This document shows, one piece after another, positions 32,169-42,711 of a DNA stretch of 64,000 nucleotides (the first letter of the stretch is position 1; every line of letters begins with the position of its first letter). The notes below the pieces were generated by a model. The model worked only from the letters and a program-made list of their open reading frames with translations. It was not told where the DNA came from and did no database searches. Made by a program: the position numbers and the translations under genes. The stretch comes from an uncultured Gammaproteobacteria bacterium (GTDB lineage: Bacteria > Pseudomonadota > Gammaproteobacteria > SZUA-229): the NCBI GenBank assembly GCA_942492025.1, contig CALODJ010000012.1:569272-633271 (forward strand). The letters run 5' to 3'.

Positions 32169-34493
32169 ATGCACGATTGCTGGAAATCACTCAGCTTCCT
32201 TTCCCTGATAATTTTGATCACTCTTGCATCTGCCGCAGCAGCGGCGCAGAGCTTTATTGTAAGTGATATTCGTCTGGAGGGTCTGGAGAAAATACCCGAA
32301 GGTACCTTGCTCAATTATCTGCCGGTCATTCAGGGTGATCCGCTGGATGTCACGCAGGCCAGTTTTGCGATTAGGGAGTTGTATAAAACCGGTTTTTTCG
32401 CCGATGTTAAGTTATTCAGGGATGAAGACGTACTGGTGGTACGTGTTAAGGAACGTCCATCGATCACCGATATCCAGTTTGAAGGTAATTCAGATATTGA
32501 TGACGAGACCCTGGAAGAAGCCCTCAAGGGTGTCGGTCTCGCCAGGGGGCGAATTTTCAATCGTTCGTTACTCGAAAAGCTCACCCAGGAACTCGAAAGC
32601 GTTTATTTCAGTCAGGGCAAATACAATGTCAAAATCGAGGCTGAAGTTGAGGAGCTTGATCAAAATCGGGTAAATATCGATATCAAAATCTCTGAGGGCA
32701 TCAAGTCGCGAATCAAGCAAATTAATGTCATTGGCAATACTGTTTTCGACGACCCTGTATTGCTTGATGAGATTCAGCTGGGTATTCCCTCTGCATGGGC
32801 ATTTTTTTCAGACGCTGACGAGTATTCAAAGCCAAAATTGCAGGCGGATCTGGAATCAATTCGTTCGTATTATCTGGACCGGGGCTATATCAGGTTCAAC
32901 GTTGATTCCACGCAGGTTTCAATCACGCCGGACAAGAAAGATATCTACGTGACCATCAACGTCAGCGAAGGCGATAAATATACCGTGGCAGATGTGCAGC
33001 TCACCGGCGATATGGTGATCAACAAGAAGGTACTGGAGCAGTTAATCTCGACCAAAACAGGCGATACTTTCTCCCGCAGGAAAATGACTGAATCACAGAA
33101 AGCGCTGGAAGATCGTGTCGGTATGATAGGTTATGCCTTCGCCAAAGTGGCGGTACTGCCTCAAATCAATGAAGAAAAGCGAACCATCAGTCTCACCTAT
33201 ACACTCGAACCTGGCAGAAAAGTGTACGTTCGCCGAATTACGTTTTTTGGTAATTTCAAGACCAGAGATGAGGTGCTGAGACGTGAAATGCGGCTGATGG
33301 AGGGGTCCATACTGGCGAGTGATAAACTGGAGCGTTCCAAAATTCGTATACAACGTTTGTCTTTTATCGAAGAGGTCGAGTTTGATACCCGGCCAGTACC
33401 GGGTACAGACAACCAGATCGATATCGATGTCACCGTCAGCGAACGCTTATCTGGCAGCTTTAATATAGGTGCTGGTTTTTCCCAGGCGCAGGGGTTGTTG
33501 TTCAATGTGGGGCTGACCCAGGAAAATCTGCTGGGCACCGGTCAGGCGCTTTCTCTCAATGTCAATACTGACAGGGCCAACACGGTTTACAGTGTTTCAC
33601 ACACAGATCCATTTATCACGCCAGATGGTGTCAGTCGAACTGTCAGCGCATCGTATAGGAAACGAGATGCTGCTCAGGAAGACATTGCCAACTACCTGTC
33701 AAATTCGTATGGCGTTAACCTGTCTTACGGCATACCCATGTCTGAGGTGAACACGTTACGACTGGGTGTGGGTTACAACGCGATTGATTTGAAAATTGGC
33801 ATATCACCATCGCTTGATGTGGTCGAGTTTATTGCAAAGAATGGCGATTCATTTGATAACTTCTCACTAACGGCGAGTTACTCACACGACACGCGGAATC
33901 GTACGGTGTTCGCCACACGAGGCAGCGCACAGACGATAGCATCCAATGCCACGATTCCCGGCAGCGATCTTGAATATTACAAGATCAGCTACGACACCAA
34001 GTTTTACTTCGCGATGACGCAAAATCTCACCTTGCTGTTGCATTCGGATCTCGCCTACGGTGATGGCTATGGTGACACCGATGAGCTACCGTTTTTCGAA
34101 CGCTATTTTGCCGGTGGTTTACGGACTGTCAGGGCGTATAACACCAACTCGCTAGGCCCGCGGGATCTACTGTCCAATGATCCTATCGGGGGTAATTTAC
34201 GGGTTGTTGGTGGTGCCGATGTGATATTTCCTATACCATTCATGGAAAAGCCACCGAATTCTGTCCGTTTGAGTGCATTTTTTGATATTGGTAATGTATT
34301 CCTGGACAAGGCACCAACGTATAATTCGACTGAAAACGGTTTTGATGCAAGCCAGCTGAGAATGTCAACCGGCCTGTCATTCGTCTGGCTGGCGCCTATT
34401 GGTCCGCTTCGATTCAGTTACGGTACAGCGCTTAACGATGTGCCTGGTGATGATTTGCGTGCTTTCCAGTTTAGTATTGGTTCATTCTTTTAA
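32169..34493 (+). CDS. bamA: Outer membrane protein assembly factor BamA
   Basis: Five POTRA domains and a C-terminal 16-strand barrel ending in FSIGSFF. The start was set at the signal peptide MHDCWKSLSFLSL after the rseP stop. Confidence 0.9.
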   Translation: MHDCWKSLSFLSLIILITLASAAAAAQSFIVSDIRLEGLEKIPEGTLLNYLPVIQGDPLDVTQASFAIRELYKTGFFADVKLFRDEDVLVVRVKERPSITDIQFEGNSDIDDETLEEALKGVGLARGRIFNRSLLEKLTQELESVYFSQGKYNVKIEAEVEELDQNRVNIDIKISEGIKSRIKQINVIGNTVFDDPVLLDEIQLGIPSAWAFFSDADEYSKPKLQADLESIRSYYLDRGYIRFNVDSTQVSITPDKKDIYVTINVSEGDKYTVADVQLTGDMVINKKVLEQLISTKTGDTFSRRKMTESQKALEDRVGMIGYAFAKVAVLPQINEEKRTISLTYTLEPGRKVYVRRITFFGNFKTRDEVLRREMRLMEGSILASDKLERSKIRIQRLSFIEEVEFDTRPVPGTDNQIDIDVTVSERLSGSFNIGAGFSQAQGLLFNVGLTQENLLGTGQALSLNVNTDRANTVYSVSHTDPFITPDGVSRTVSASYRKRDAAQEDIANYLSNSYGVNLSYGIPMSEVNTLRLGVGYNAIDLKIGISPSLDVVEFIAKNGDSFDNFSLTASYSHDTRNRTVFATRGSAQTIASNATIPGSDLEYYKISYDTKFYFAMTQNLTLLLHSDLAYGDGYGDTDELPFFERYFAGGLRTVRAYNTNSLGPRDLLSNDPIGGNLRVVGGADVIFPIPFMEKPPNSVRLSAFFDIGNVFLDKAPTYNSTENGFDASQLRMSTGLSFVWLAPIGPLRFSYGTALNDVPGDDLRAFQFSIGSFF

Positions 34494-34504
34494 GAGGAAA
34501 ATTT

Positions 34505-35023
34505 ATGAAAACTTTTGTTAGTAGTTTACTGATCTTGCTTTTTTTTACTTCGGCCAACGTGATCGCGGCAAGTTCACCGAAAATAGGTTACGTCAGTGTT
34601 GAGAAGATCCTGAGCGAGGCGCCGCAGGTACAGGCGGTCAACGATTCCATGGTTGAGCGCTTCGGTGGACGTAAAACAGAACTGCAGGAAATGGAAAAGG
34701 AAATTAACGACATGCAGGAGGATTACAAGCGCAATGAGCTGGTAATGACGGAAGACAAGCTCAACGAACTTAAAAACAACATCATTGGCAAAATTCAGGA
34801 TTTCAAGCAGAAAGAAGCGCTTTTGCAGCAGGAAGTGGCTACGGTCAGGAACCAGGAACTCGCCACTTTGCAGCAATCCGTACGTAGCATCATCGAGGAC
34901 ATTGCCAAGGCAGACAAGTTCGATTTGATTCTGACCAGTGAAGGCGTCGCCTATGCCAATCAAGATCTGGATATTTCCGAAAAAGTTCTCGATCGCATGA
35001 GAAAGGCCTACAAGAAAAAATAA
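34505..35023 (+). CDS. skp: Periplasmic chaperone Skp (OmpH)
   Basis: 172 aa with a signal peptide and coiled-coil helices, positioned between bamA and lpxD. Confidence 0.85.
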   Translation: MKTFVSSLLILLFFTSANVIAASSPKIGYVSVEKILSEAPQVQAVNDSMVERFGGRKTELQEMEKEINDMQEDYKRNELVMTEDKLNELKNNIIGKIQDFKQKEALLQQEVATVRNQELATLQQSVRSIIEDIAKADKFDLILTSEGVAYANQDLDISEKVLDRMRKAYKKK

Positions 35024-35030
35024 GCGATAG

Positions 35031-36050
35031 ATGCCATTTACGCTTTTTGAGTTAGCCGATATAACCGGAGCCGGGTTGTCTGGTCGCGGTGAAACTGTAA
35101 TTGACAGTGTAGCTGATATCACAAGCGGCAAAGCAGGCAGTATCGTTTTTGTTTCAAACACAAAATACAGCAAATATTTGCGCGACACAGATGCTAGCGC
35201 GATCATTGCAAGCGAGAAACTGTTGGCTGGCTGTCATAAGCCAGCCCTGGTTACTGAACAACCGCGCGTCGTATTTTCTAAAATTGCGCGGCTGCTGAAT
35301 CCATTGCCTGAAATCCAGCCCTGGATTTCCCCACATGCCGTAATAGCGGACGATGCTGATATTGATGCTTCGGCCAGGGTAGAGGCCTGCGTGGTTATTC
35401 AAAGCGGTGTCTCCATAGGGGCCGGTACATGGATATCGCCAGGATGCGTAATCGAGAGGAACGCCAGAATAGGGGTGAATACCCGGCTTTTTGCCAATGT
35501 CACTGTCGGTGAAAACTGTACAGTTGGTGACCATTCGATTTTACACTCTGGCGCGGTTATCGGTGCAGATGGTTTTGGCTTCGTCTGGGATAAGGACGCC
35601 TACATAAAAGTGCCGCAGCTGGGCTTTGTGCAAATCGGCAATAATGTCGAGATTGGAGCCAACACAACCATCGATCGCGGGACGATTGGGAATACGATTA
35701 TAGAAAACGGGGTAAAAATCGATAACCTGATTCAGCTGGGTCACAATGTGCGTATCGGTGAGCACACGACTATCTCCGGTCAGTCTGGCCTTGCCGGTTC
35801 GGTAAAACTGGGTAAAAAATGTATCATCGGTGGCGGTGTGGCTATCAGTGATAACCTTGAAATCGCTGATAATGTCACGCTGGCTGGCAGGTCGAATGTG
35901 GCTAATTCAATCAAAGAGCCCGGGATTTATGCATCTGTTATACCTGTCGTCGAAGCAGGAAAATGGCGCAGGATACTCACCAGAATAAGACAACTGGATG
36001 ATTTGGCAAGGCGAATAAAAGCGCTTGAATCAAAAAAAACATCAACATAA
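35031..36050 (+). CDS. lpxD: UDP-3-O-acylglucosamine N-acyltransferase
   Basis: 339 aa with left-handed beta-helix hexapeptide repeats and an N-terminal LpxD domain. Confidence 0.9.
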   Translation: MPFTLFELADITGAGLSGRGETVIDSVADITSGKAGSIVFVSNTKYSKYLRDTDASAIIASEKLLAGCHKPALVTEQPRVVFSKIARLLNPLPEIQPWISPHAVIADDADIDASARVEACVVIQSGVSIGAGTWISPGCVIERNARIGVNTRLFANVTVGENCTVGDHSILHSGAVIGADGFGFVWDKDAYIKVPQLGFVQIGNNVEIGANTTIDRGTIGNTIIENGVKIDNLIQLGHNVRIGEHTTISGQSGLAGSVKLGKKCIIGGGVAISDNLEIADNVTLAGRSNVANSIKEPGIYASVIPVVEAGKWRRILTRIRQLDDLARRIKALESKKTST

Positions 36051-36062
36051 TGGAGATGCGCT

Positions 36063-36509
36063 GTGAGTATGATGCTGGCAGAAGAAGTTAAAAATTTTTT
36101 ACCCCATCGCTATCCCTTTCTGCTGGTTGACCGGGTGCTTGAATGCACACCGGGTGATACGCTGACAGCGATAAAGAACGTATCCATCAATGAGCCATAC
36201 TTTCTTGGGCACTTTCCTCAAAAAGCGATCATGCCGGGTGTGCTTATCATCGAGGCATTGGCACAGGCCACCGGTATCCTGGGTTTCAGGACGATGAGCG
36301 AGACACCCAGAGATGATCTGCTCTATATGCTTGTTGGTGTTGACAATGTCCGTTTCAAGCGACAGGTCATTCCGGGTGATCAGCTGATCCTCAAAGCCAA
36401 ACTGGAGAAACGATCCAGGATCATCTGGAAGTTTACCTGCGAAGCCAGCGTCGACGGTGAACTGGTGACTTCTGCCAGTATGTTATGTGCAGCAACCGAG
36501 AAGGAATAA
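36063..36509 (+). CDS. fabZ: 3-hydroxyacyl-ACP dehydratase
   Basis: 148 aa hot-dog fold (LPHRYPFLLVDRV, GHFP). Confidence 0.92.
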   Translation: MSMMLAEEVKNFLPHRYPFLLVDRVLECTPGDTLTAIKNVSINEPYFLGHFPQKAIMPGVLIIEALAQATGILGFRTMSETPRDDLLYMLVGVDNVRFKRQVIPGDQLILKAKLEKRSRIIWKFTCEASVDGELVTSASMLCAATEKE

Positions 36510-36513
36510 GCCT

Positions 36514-37284
36514 GTGATTCATGAGACCGCAATCATCGATGAATCGGCCGTGATCGCAAGTGATGCAGAAATTGGCCCCTACACTATCGTCGGAGCTGAT
36601 GTACACATTGGTTCTGGCACCATCCTGGGGCCACACGTGGTCCTCAAGGGCCCGACGCAGATTGGCAGAGACAATCGGATATTCCAGTTTGCATCGATTG
36701 GTGAAGATCCGCAGGATCTGAAGTATCAAGGCGAGCGATCAAGACTGGTCATTGGTGATCGCAATACTGTTCGAGAAGCTGTAACCATACATCGCGGTAC
36801 CGCTCAAGACAACAGTCTGACACAAATCGGCAATGACAACCTGTTTATGGCTTATGTGCATATTGCGCACGATTGTATTCTGGGTAACAACATCATTCTT
36901 GCCAACAACACCACACTCGCGGGTCATGTAATTGTTGAAGATTATGCGATTTTGGGAGGCTTTACCGCTGTTCACCAGTTTACCCGCCTGGGCGCACATT
37001 GCTTTACCGGTTTTGCCACCGCACTGGATCGCGACGTATTGCCGTATTTCACCGTTGCTGGTAACCGAGCCAGGGCCCGAGGCATCAATAAGGAGGGTCT
37101 GGTCAGAAAAGGGTTCAAACCCGAGACCATTCGTGCGCTGCAGGACACCTACAAAATTCTCGTGAAATCAAAAGGCACTTTAATAGAAAAACTCGAGCGC
37201 GTATCCGAGCTTGCAGCGATGCATAGCGAAGTCCAGCAGATCATCGATTTTCTGAACAAGAGCGAACGTGGCTGGGTTCGGTAA
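36514..37284 (+). CDS. lpxA: Acyl-ACP--UDP-N-acetylglucosamine O-acyltransferase
   Basis: The hexapeptide beta-helix IHETAIIDESAVI continues to the catalytic-His region VHIAHDC. The start was proposed at the GTG at 36514, which has an AAGGAA RBS; the tracked ATG ORF overlaps fabZ. Confidence 0.85.
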   Translation: MIHETAIIDESAVIASDAEIGPYTIVGADVHIGSGTILGPHVVLKGPTQIGRDNRIFQFASIGEDPQDLKYQGERSRLVIGDRNTVREAVTIHRGTAQDNSLTQIGNDNLFMAYVHIAHDCILGNNIILANNTTLAGHVIVEDYAILGGFTAVHQFTRLGAHCFTGFATALDRDVLPYFTVAGNRARARGINKEGLVRKGFKPETIRALQDTYKILVKSKGTLIEKLERVSELAAMHSEVQQIIDFLNKSERGWVR

Positions 37285-37443
37285 GCGTCTGAGTGATGGG
37301 AATGCGAGTTATTCAACGAATGCGCAAGATGCTGGCGGTTGCCGCCGCGCTGTCGCGACTCGCAATGACGAGTAAGCGGGACAGCAATGGGGTGAAATAC
37401 TCTGCGCGCTTTACGTCTTTGCGCTGAATAAACCTGTAAAATC

Positions 37444-37755
37444 TCAGACATCCGCCAGCTTCCACACGTCATACGCCGGTTCTTCGTAGGGATGGCTGCG
37501 CTTCAGGGCCGCAATTGCGTCCTCGATCCGGTCATCATCACAGACCATTTCTATCCTGAATTCGGCAACGGTTTCAATGTTGCCCTGCTCGCCGATATAG
37601 GGTGAGCTGCTTTCAAGGGGTCTGAACTGGCCCTGACCGAGTGTTTGCCAGCAGCAGCTGTCATAGGCACCAATTTTACCGGCGCCGGCGGTAAACAGGG
37701 CCTGCTTGACCTGTTCTGAGGCGGTTTCTGGCACGAATACACATATTTTATACAT
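37444..37755 (-). CDS. Small PII-like-fold protein related to CutA / the Nif3(YqfO) insert domain
   Basis: About 103 aa. Motifs KICVFVPE...A(G)AGKIGAYDSC and the C-terminal HPYEEPAYDVWKL resemble the CutA1 and NIF3 insert domains. Confidence 0.45.
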   Translation of the reverse strand: MYKICVFVPETASEQVKQALFTAGAGKIGAYDSCCWQTLGQGQFRPLESSSPYIGEQGNIETVAEFRIEMVCDDDRIEDAIAALKRSHPYEEPAYDVWKLADV

Positions 37756-37826
37756 GGTTTGTTTTTTGGAAAATGCGTGCAATAGCGTACAATCTACACC
37801 TTTACAGCTGACAGGAAAATACCGAT

Positions 37827-38111
37827 ATGAGTGGTGGGATTCAACTATCCGGCGAACTGATTGCCGAGGTCAAGGAAGTCCTGGTGAAACATGACGCACA
37901 GGCAGAGAATGACCTGATGACGATGCAGTATCTGTCGGCCATCATCGGCTATGTGCTCGCGCATCAGACGAATCCCGGCATGGACAAACGCGGCTTTCTC
38001 AATGATCTCGCGACATTCATGGATCAGGTTGTGAATCAGGTCGAAGCTGATCTGAAGCCACAGCAACCCTCGCAGCAGGCCTTTGGCATCTGGAAGCCGG
38101 GTGAAGGCTAA
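37827..38111 (+). CDS. Hypothetical protein
   Basis: 94 aa ORF with a plausible start, upstream of and co-directional with tpm. No recognisable motif. Confidence 0.35.
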   Translation: MSGGIQLSGELIAEVKEVLVKHDAQAENDLMTMQYLSAIIGYVLAHQTNPGMDKRGFLNDLATFMDQVVNQVEADLKPQQPSQQAFGIWKPGEG

Positions 38112-38120
38112 CAATGATCT

Positions 38121-38789
38121 ATGAATCCTGATTTCTGGCGCGAGCGCTGGAGCAGGGGTGAAACCCGATTCCATGAACAACACGTCAATCCCTTCCTCGG
38201 CTACTACTACGGAGAGGTCGGCCCGCCTGTTGACAAACGCTCGGCACTCAGGGTATTCGTACCCTTGTGCGGCAAATCGTGTGATCTCAGCTGGCTCGCA
38301 GAGAACGGCTATGATGTGGTTGGCGTCGAGTGCAGTCAACTTGCGGTTGAGAGTTTTTTCAGCGAGCAGCGCATCGAGTTCAATAAAGAAAGCCTGGGCA
38401 GCCACATCAGTTACAAAGCCAAAAAGCTTGAAATCTTGCTGGGCGATTTTTTCGAACTCCAGGTCGAGCACATTGGGAGCATCACCGATATCTACGACCG
38501 CGCATCACTGATAGCACTGCCGCAGGCTATGCGCAGGGAATATGTTGGCAAGATCACGCAATTTCAATCGCCGGGAACGCGCACACTGCTGATTACACTG
38601 TCATACCCGCAGTCCGAAATGGCGGGTCCGCCCTTTTCGGTCAACGATGAAGAAGTCAGCCAACTGTATGGTGATAAATTTACAATCGAAAAACTTGCGG
38701 CCAAAAACATCATCGGGGATGAACCAAGATTCAGAGACCGCGGTCTGAGTGCATTAACCGAGACAGCCTACAAACTTACAAGAAACTGA
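38121..38789 (+). CDS. tpm: Thiopurine S-methyltransferase
   Basis: The N-terminal FWRERWSRGETRFHEQHVNPFL and the SAM-binding VPLCGKSCDLSWLAENGY are diagnostic of the bacterial TPMT family. Confidence 0.8.
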   Translation: MNPDFWRERWSRGETRFHEQHVNPFLGYYYGEVGPPVDKRSALRVFVPLCGKSCDLSWLAENGYDVVGVECSQLAVESFFSEQRIEFNKESLGSHISYKAKKLEILLGDFFELQVEHIGSITDIYDRASLIALPQAMRREYVGKITQFQSPGTRTLLITLSYPQSEMAGPPFSVNDEEVSQLYGDKFTIEKLAAKNIIGDEPRFRDRGLSALTETAYKLTRN

Positions 38790-38793
38790 ACAT

Positions 38794-41751
38794 ATGACAA
38801 TACACGCTGCAGAATCAACGAATACGCTGAAAGGGCATGCCCATCCGGCCTTCGCCTGGGTAAGGTCCGAGCATATCGAATCACTCAATGTGACCGTCGA
38901 GGAGTATCGGCACATCAAGACAGGCGCCTTGCATTATCACGTTGACGCCGATAATAACGAAAATGTTTTTCTGGTCGCGTTCCGTACCGTGCCGACGGAC
39001 TCGACTGGTGTCGCCCATATACTGGAACACACCGCCCTGTGCGGCAGTAAAAAGTATCCTGTGCGTGATCCGTTCTTTATGATGATCAGGCGATCACTCA
39101 ACACGTTCATGAATGCATTCACCAGCAGCGACTGGACCGCCTACCCATTTGCCAGCCAGAACACAAAAGATTTTAATAATCTGCTGGATGTCTATCTGGA
39201 TGCGGCCTTTTTCTCCCGCCTGGATGAACTCGATTTTTTGCAGGAAGGACACCGGGTTGAATTCAGTGATGCGGATGATCCACAAAGCGATCTGGTTTTC
39301 AAGGGCGTTGTTTTCAATGAAATGAAAGGCGCGATGAGCTCTCCTGTCAGTGTTTTATGGCAGACCCTGAGTGAACGTCTGTATCCGACAACCACCTATC
39401 ATTTCAACAGTGGGGGCGAGCCGAGCCATATACCTGACCTGACATACCAGCAGCTCAAGGAATTTTATCGAACGCATTATCACCCTAGCAACGCGGTGTT
39501 CATGACCTTTGGCGATATCCCGGCAGCCGATCACCAGAAACAATTCGAGGAAAAAGCGCTGTGCCATTTCGACAAGCTCGACGTGGATATACGCGTCAAT
39601 GATGAACAGCGCTTTGACAAGCCGGTTATTGTGGAAGATGTGTACGCCTTCGACGCAGTTGAAGGCATCACCGAAGAACACAAAACCCATCACGTGATTG
39701 GCTGGATGCTGGGCCACAGCACGTCACTGGATGAGGTGATGAAATCCAATCTGCTATCGCATGTGCTACTGGAGAACAGTTCATCACCGTTACGCAAGGC
39801 GCTGGAGACGACCAAGCTGGGTACAGCACCGTCTCCCCTGTGTGGTCTGGAGGATTCGAACTATGAAATGTGCTTTATGTGCGGCATTGAGGGTAGTGAC
39901 CCCGAGCATGCGCAGGCATTTGAGGAACTTGTCATCGGCGTCCTGGAAGATGTTGCCAGCAATGGTGTTCCCCGGGAGCATGTCGAGGCTGTGCTGCACC
40001 AACTGGAGTTGAGCCAACGCGAAATCGGGGGCGATGGTTACCCGTATGGTCTGCAGCTCATCCTCAGTGGGTTGTCTGCGGCCATCCACCGCAGCGACCC
40101 TGTGCAACTGTTGAATCTGGACCCTGTGATCGAGTCCTTGCGTGACAAGATCCATGATGATAATTATATAAAGAACCTGGTGCAGGAATTGCTGCTCGAT
40201 AATCCGCATCGAGTTCGCCTGACGATGAAACCCGATATGGAACTGAGTCAGCGCAAGGAAACCGCAGAGCGCGAGCGTCTTAACAGCATGAAAGCTGCGA
40301 TGACCGCTGAGGATAAAACCCGTGTCATACAGCGTGCAGCTGAACTGGCACAACGACAGCTGCAAGTGGACAATCCGGAGGTGCTACCCAAGGTGGGGCT
40401 TGAAGATGTGCCCGCTGAAATGAAAATACCGGTAGCCACGCCAGGAATTATTTCCGCAGCTGAGTCCTCCTTGTATGCGATGGGCACGAACGGAATCGTC
40501 TATCAGGAATTGGTGCTCGATCTTCCCGCGCTCGAACCTGACCAACTCGACCTGTTGCCGTATTACTCGACCTGTCTGACCGAGCTGGGTGTCGGAGAGC
40601 GGGATTATCTTCAGGTGCAGGCCTGGCAATCGAGTATCAGTGGTGGTGTGAATGCACATACAAGCATACGCGGTTCTAGTGAAGATGTGCAGCACACGCG
40701 TGGCTATTACGTATTTGACGGCAAGGCGCTCGAACGCAACAATGAAAACCTGGCAGCGCTGATGCTGGCGACGTTTCAGTCGGTTCGTTTTGATGAGCAT
40801 GACCGTATTCGCGAAATCATTTCGCAAAGACGCGCGCGTCGTGAGCAAAGTGTCACTGGCAGCGGCCACGGCCTGGCGATGACCGCAGCTTCAAGCGGTA
40901 TGAGTCCAGTGGCCTCGCTGGGACACCGATTCAATGGGCTCGAAGGCATTCGTATTCTCAAAGCGCTTGATGACGCCAATAAAAGTGGTGCCGTGGCTGA
41001 TCTCGCTGAGTCATTTAGTAACATCCACCAGCAACTGGTCGACGCACCCAGGCAGTTTATGATTATCGGAGAAGAGGAGAGACTCGATGATCTGGTGAAC
41101 GGCTTTGAAAAAATCTGGCCCAGTGAAATATCGAGCGCAGGCTTCGAGCCGTTCAAGCTCAGCAGCGTAGATGAGACCATCAGGCAAATGTGGATTACCA
41201 ACACTCAGGTCAACTTCTGTGCACGCGCTTACAAGACAGTGGCAATGGACCATGCTGATGCAGCGCCATTGTCTGTGCTCGGCGGTTATCTCAGAAATGG
41301 TTTCCTGCACACGGCTATCCGCGAGAAAGGTGGTGCTTATGGCGGTGGTGCAGGGCATGACACCAACATCGCAGCATTCCGTTTTTTCTCCTACCGAGAT
41401 CCAAGACTGATCGAGACACTGGATGACTTTGATCGCGCAATTGACTGGATGCTGACAGGCAAACACGAATGGAGAATGGTCGAGGAAGCGATCCTCGGTG
41501 TTGTCAGCAACATAGACAAGCCGGGCTCGCCAGCGGGGGAGGCCAGGCAGGCCTTTCACAACCAGCTGCACGGACGTACACGTGAAAAACTGCAGGCCTT
41601 CAGGCAGAACGTTCTTGAAGTCACACTGGATGATCTGAAGCGCGTGACAGAGGCTTATTTGCACCCAGACAGTGCGAGCACTGCGGTTATCAGTAATGCA
41701 GCCACATTGGAACAAACAGGTAATCACGGCTTGGATGTGATCAACCTCTAG
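38794..41751 (+). CDS. M16C-family zinc metallopeptidase (PreP/presequence-protease-like)
   Basis: 985 aa with the inverted zinc motif HILEHTALCGS (HxxEH) near the N-terminus and a four-domain insulinase-like length. The stop TAG at 41749-41751 abuts the repeat terminus. Confidence 0.75.
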   Translation: MTIHAAESTNTLKGHAHPAFAWVRSEHIESLNVTVEEYRHIKTGALHYHVDADNNENVFLVAFRTVPTDSTGVAHILEHTALCGSKKYPVRDPFFMMIRRSLNTFMNAFTSSDWTAYPFASQNTKDFNNLLDVYLDAAFFSRLDELDFLQEGHRVEFSDADDPQSDLVFKGVVFNEMKGAMSSPVSVLWQTLSERLYPTTTYHFNSGGEPSHIPDLTYQQLKEFYRTHYHPSNAVFMTFGDIPAADHQKQFEEKALCHFDKLDVDIRVNDEQRFDKPVIVEDVYAFDAVEGITEEHKTHHVIGWMLGHSTSLDEVMKSNLLSHVLLENSSSPLRKALETTKLGTAPSPLCGLEDSNYEMCFMCGIEGSDPEHAQAFEELVIGVLEDVASNGVPREHVEAVLHQLELSQREIGGDGYPYGLQLILSGLSAAIHRSDPVQLLNLDPVIESLRDKIHDDNYIKNLVQELLLDNPHRVRLTMKPDMELSQRKETAERERLNSMKAAMTAEDKTRVIQRAAELAQRQLQVDNPEVLPKVGLEDVPAEMKIPVATPGIISAAESSLYAMGTNGIVYQELVLDLPALEPDQLDLLPYYSTCLTELGVGERDYLQVQAWQSSISGGVNAHTSIRGSSEDVQHTRGYYVFDGKALERNNENLAALMLATFQSVRFDEHDRIREIISQRRARREQSVTGSGHGLAMTAASSGMSPVASLGHRFNGLEGIRILKALDDANKSGAVADLAESFSNIHQQLVDAPRQFMIIGEEERLDDLVNGFEKIWPSEISSAGFEPFKLSSVDETIRQMWITNTQVNFCARAYKTVAMDHADAAPLSVLGGYLRNGFLHTAIREKGGAYGGGAGHDTNIAAFRFFSYRDPRLIETLDDFDRAIDWMLTGKHEWRMVEEAILGVVSNIDKPGSPAGEARQAFHNQLHGRTREKLQAFRQNVLEVTLDDLKRVTEAYLHPDSASTAVISNAATLEQTGNHGLDVINL

Positions 41752-41995
41752 CCCGTATTTCTCACCAGGCGGCGTTGAACACTGATAAGGCACTAATCCA
41801 TATAAGAGTATCCAGATGATCAAAAATACAGTGTGTCATTCAAATATGCCTATCACGGTTCAGGCTGGTCTTCGTGTCCGCAAGCTTGCTCTTCACTCAA
41901 ACCGTAGCTATTGCAGCGCTTTTCGCTCCAGCGCGGCGCTTACGTACACGAATCCTGCGCCTGCTGCCGTGATCCTGGTGAGAAATGCGGGCCAG
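41750..41995. repeat. Large IR1-bounded element, about 246 bp, without the core
   Basis: The termini are AGCCCGTATTTCTCACCAGGCGGCG and CCTGGTGAGAAATGCGGG. It is homologous to 16770-17077 minus the core insertion. Confidence 0.85.
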
Positions 41996-42010
41996 CGATT
42001 GTAAGCTGCT

Positions 42011-42307
42011 TTGGAAGAGTCGATCCACGTTTTGCTGCTCGTCATCGATTGTTACATTCCACAGGCACAGTCGCTAAAACAGAAACGCTCAGTGGTAAAG
42101 AGTCTGGTCGATCGCCTACGCGCCCGATTCAACGCCTCCGTGGCAGAAACCGGCTATTTGAATGAATGGCAGCGTGCTGTAATTGCTGTCAGCCTGGTGA
42201 GCAACAATAAACGCTACCTTCAACAGCAAAACGAGCTGATTCAGCAGCTGGTGATGGCGTCGAGCGGTAGCATTACCGTATCCGGCATCCAGCAGCACTG
42301 GCTTTGA
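42011..42307 (+). CDS. DUF503 (YlxP-like) family protein
   Basis: 98 aa with a pattern matching DUF503 (LxLxLHIPxAxSLKxKRxVVKSLxDRLRxRFNxSVAExG...WQRA). Confidence 0.55.
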   Translation: MEESIHVLLLVIDCYIPQAQSLKQKRSVVKSLVDRLRARFNASVAETGYLNEWQRAVIAVSLVSNNKRYLQQQNELIQQLVMASSGSITVSGIQQHWL

Positions 42308-42328
42308 ATACAGGCGACAAGAGACCAG

Positions 42329-42512
42329 CCCGCATTTCTCACCAGTGGGCGAGAGGATTAGGCAGAGAGTTGTCTGTGCATTGCGTATTTCGTTGATGGA
42401 ATAAAGCGTAGAAATCGTAGGGTGCGCCGTGCGCACCAAAGTCCGTAGAACAAGCGTGACAGTTGCTACGAGGTGCGCACGGCGCACCCTACCGCACTGG
42501 TGAGAAATGCGG
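42329..42512. repeat. Full type-A element: IR1 arms plus a core palindrome (42417-42491)
   Basis: CCCGCATTTCTCACCAGTG...GTATTTCGTTGATGGAATAAAGCGTAGAAATC GTAGGGTGCGCCGTGCGCACC...GGTGCGCACGGCGCACCCTACC GCACTGGTGAGAAATGCGGG. Confidence 0.9.
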
Positions 42513-42711
42513 GCTAGCGGTAGTCATATAACCAGAACGAGATGTAGTGTAATACAGTGATGCTGTGTAAAACTGGGCTTGCATTTATAGCCAGCTATCG
42601 GTTAATACCGGGATGCGGTCTGATCGAACAGGCGGTGATGGTTGTTTTCCGCCTCTATAATGCGGCTTTCTACGCAAATGAACGCAACGGGTAATGACTT
42701 AAAAGGCAGCC

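Noticed and set aside
37305-37442. 45-codon ORF (MGMRVIQRMRKMLAVAAALSRL...) just downstream of lpxA
   Set aside because: It has no RBS or motif support and overlaps the degenerate IR2 remnant, so it is too uncertain to call.
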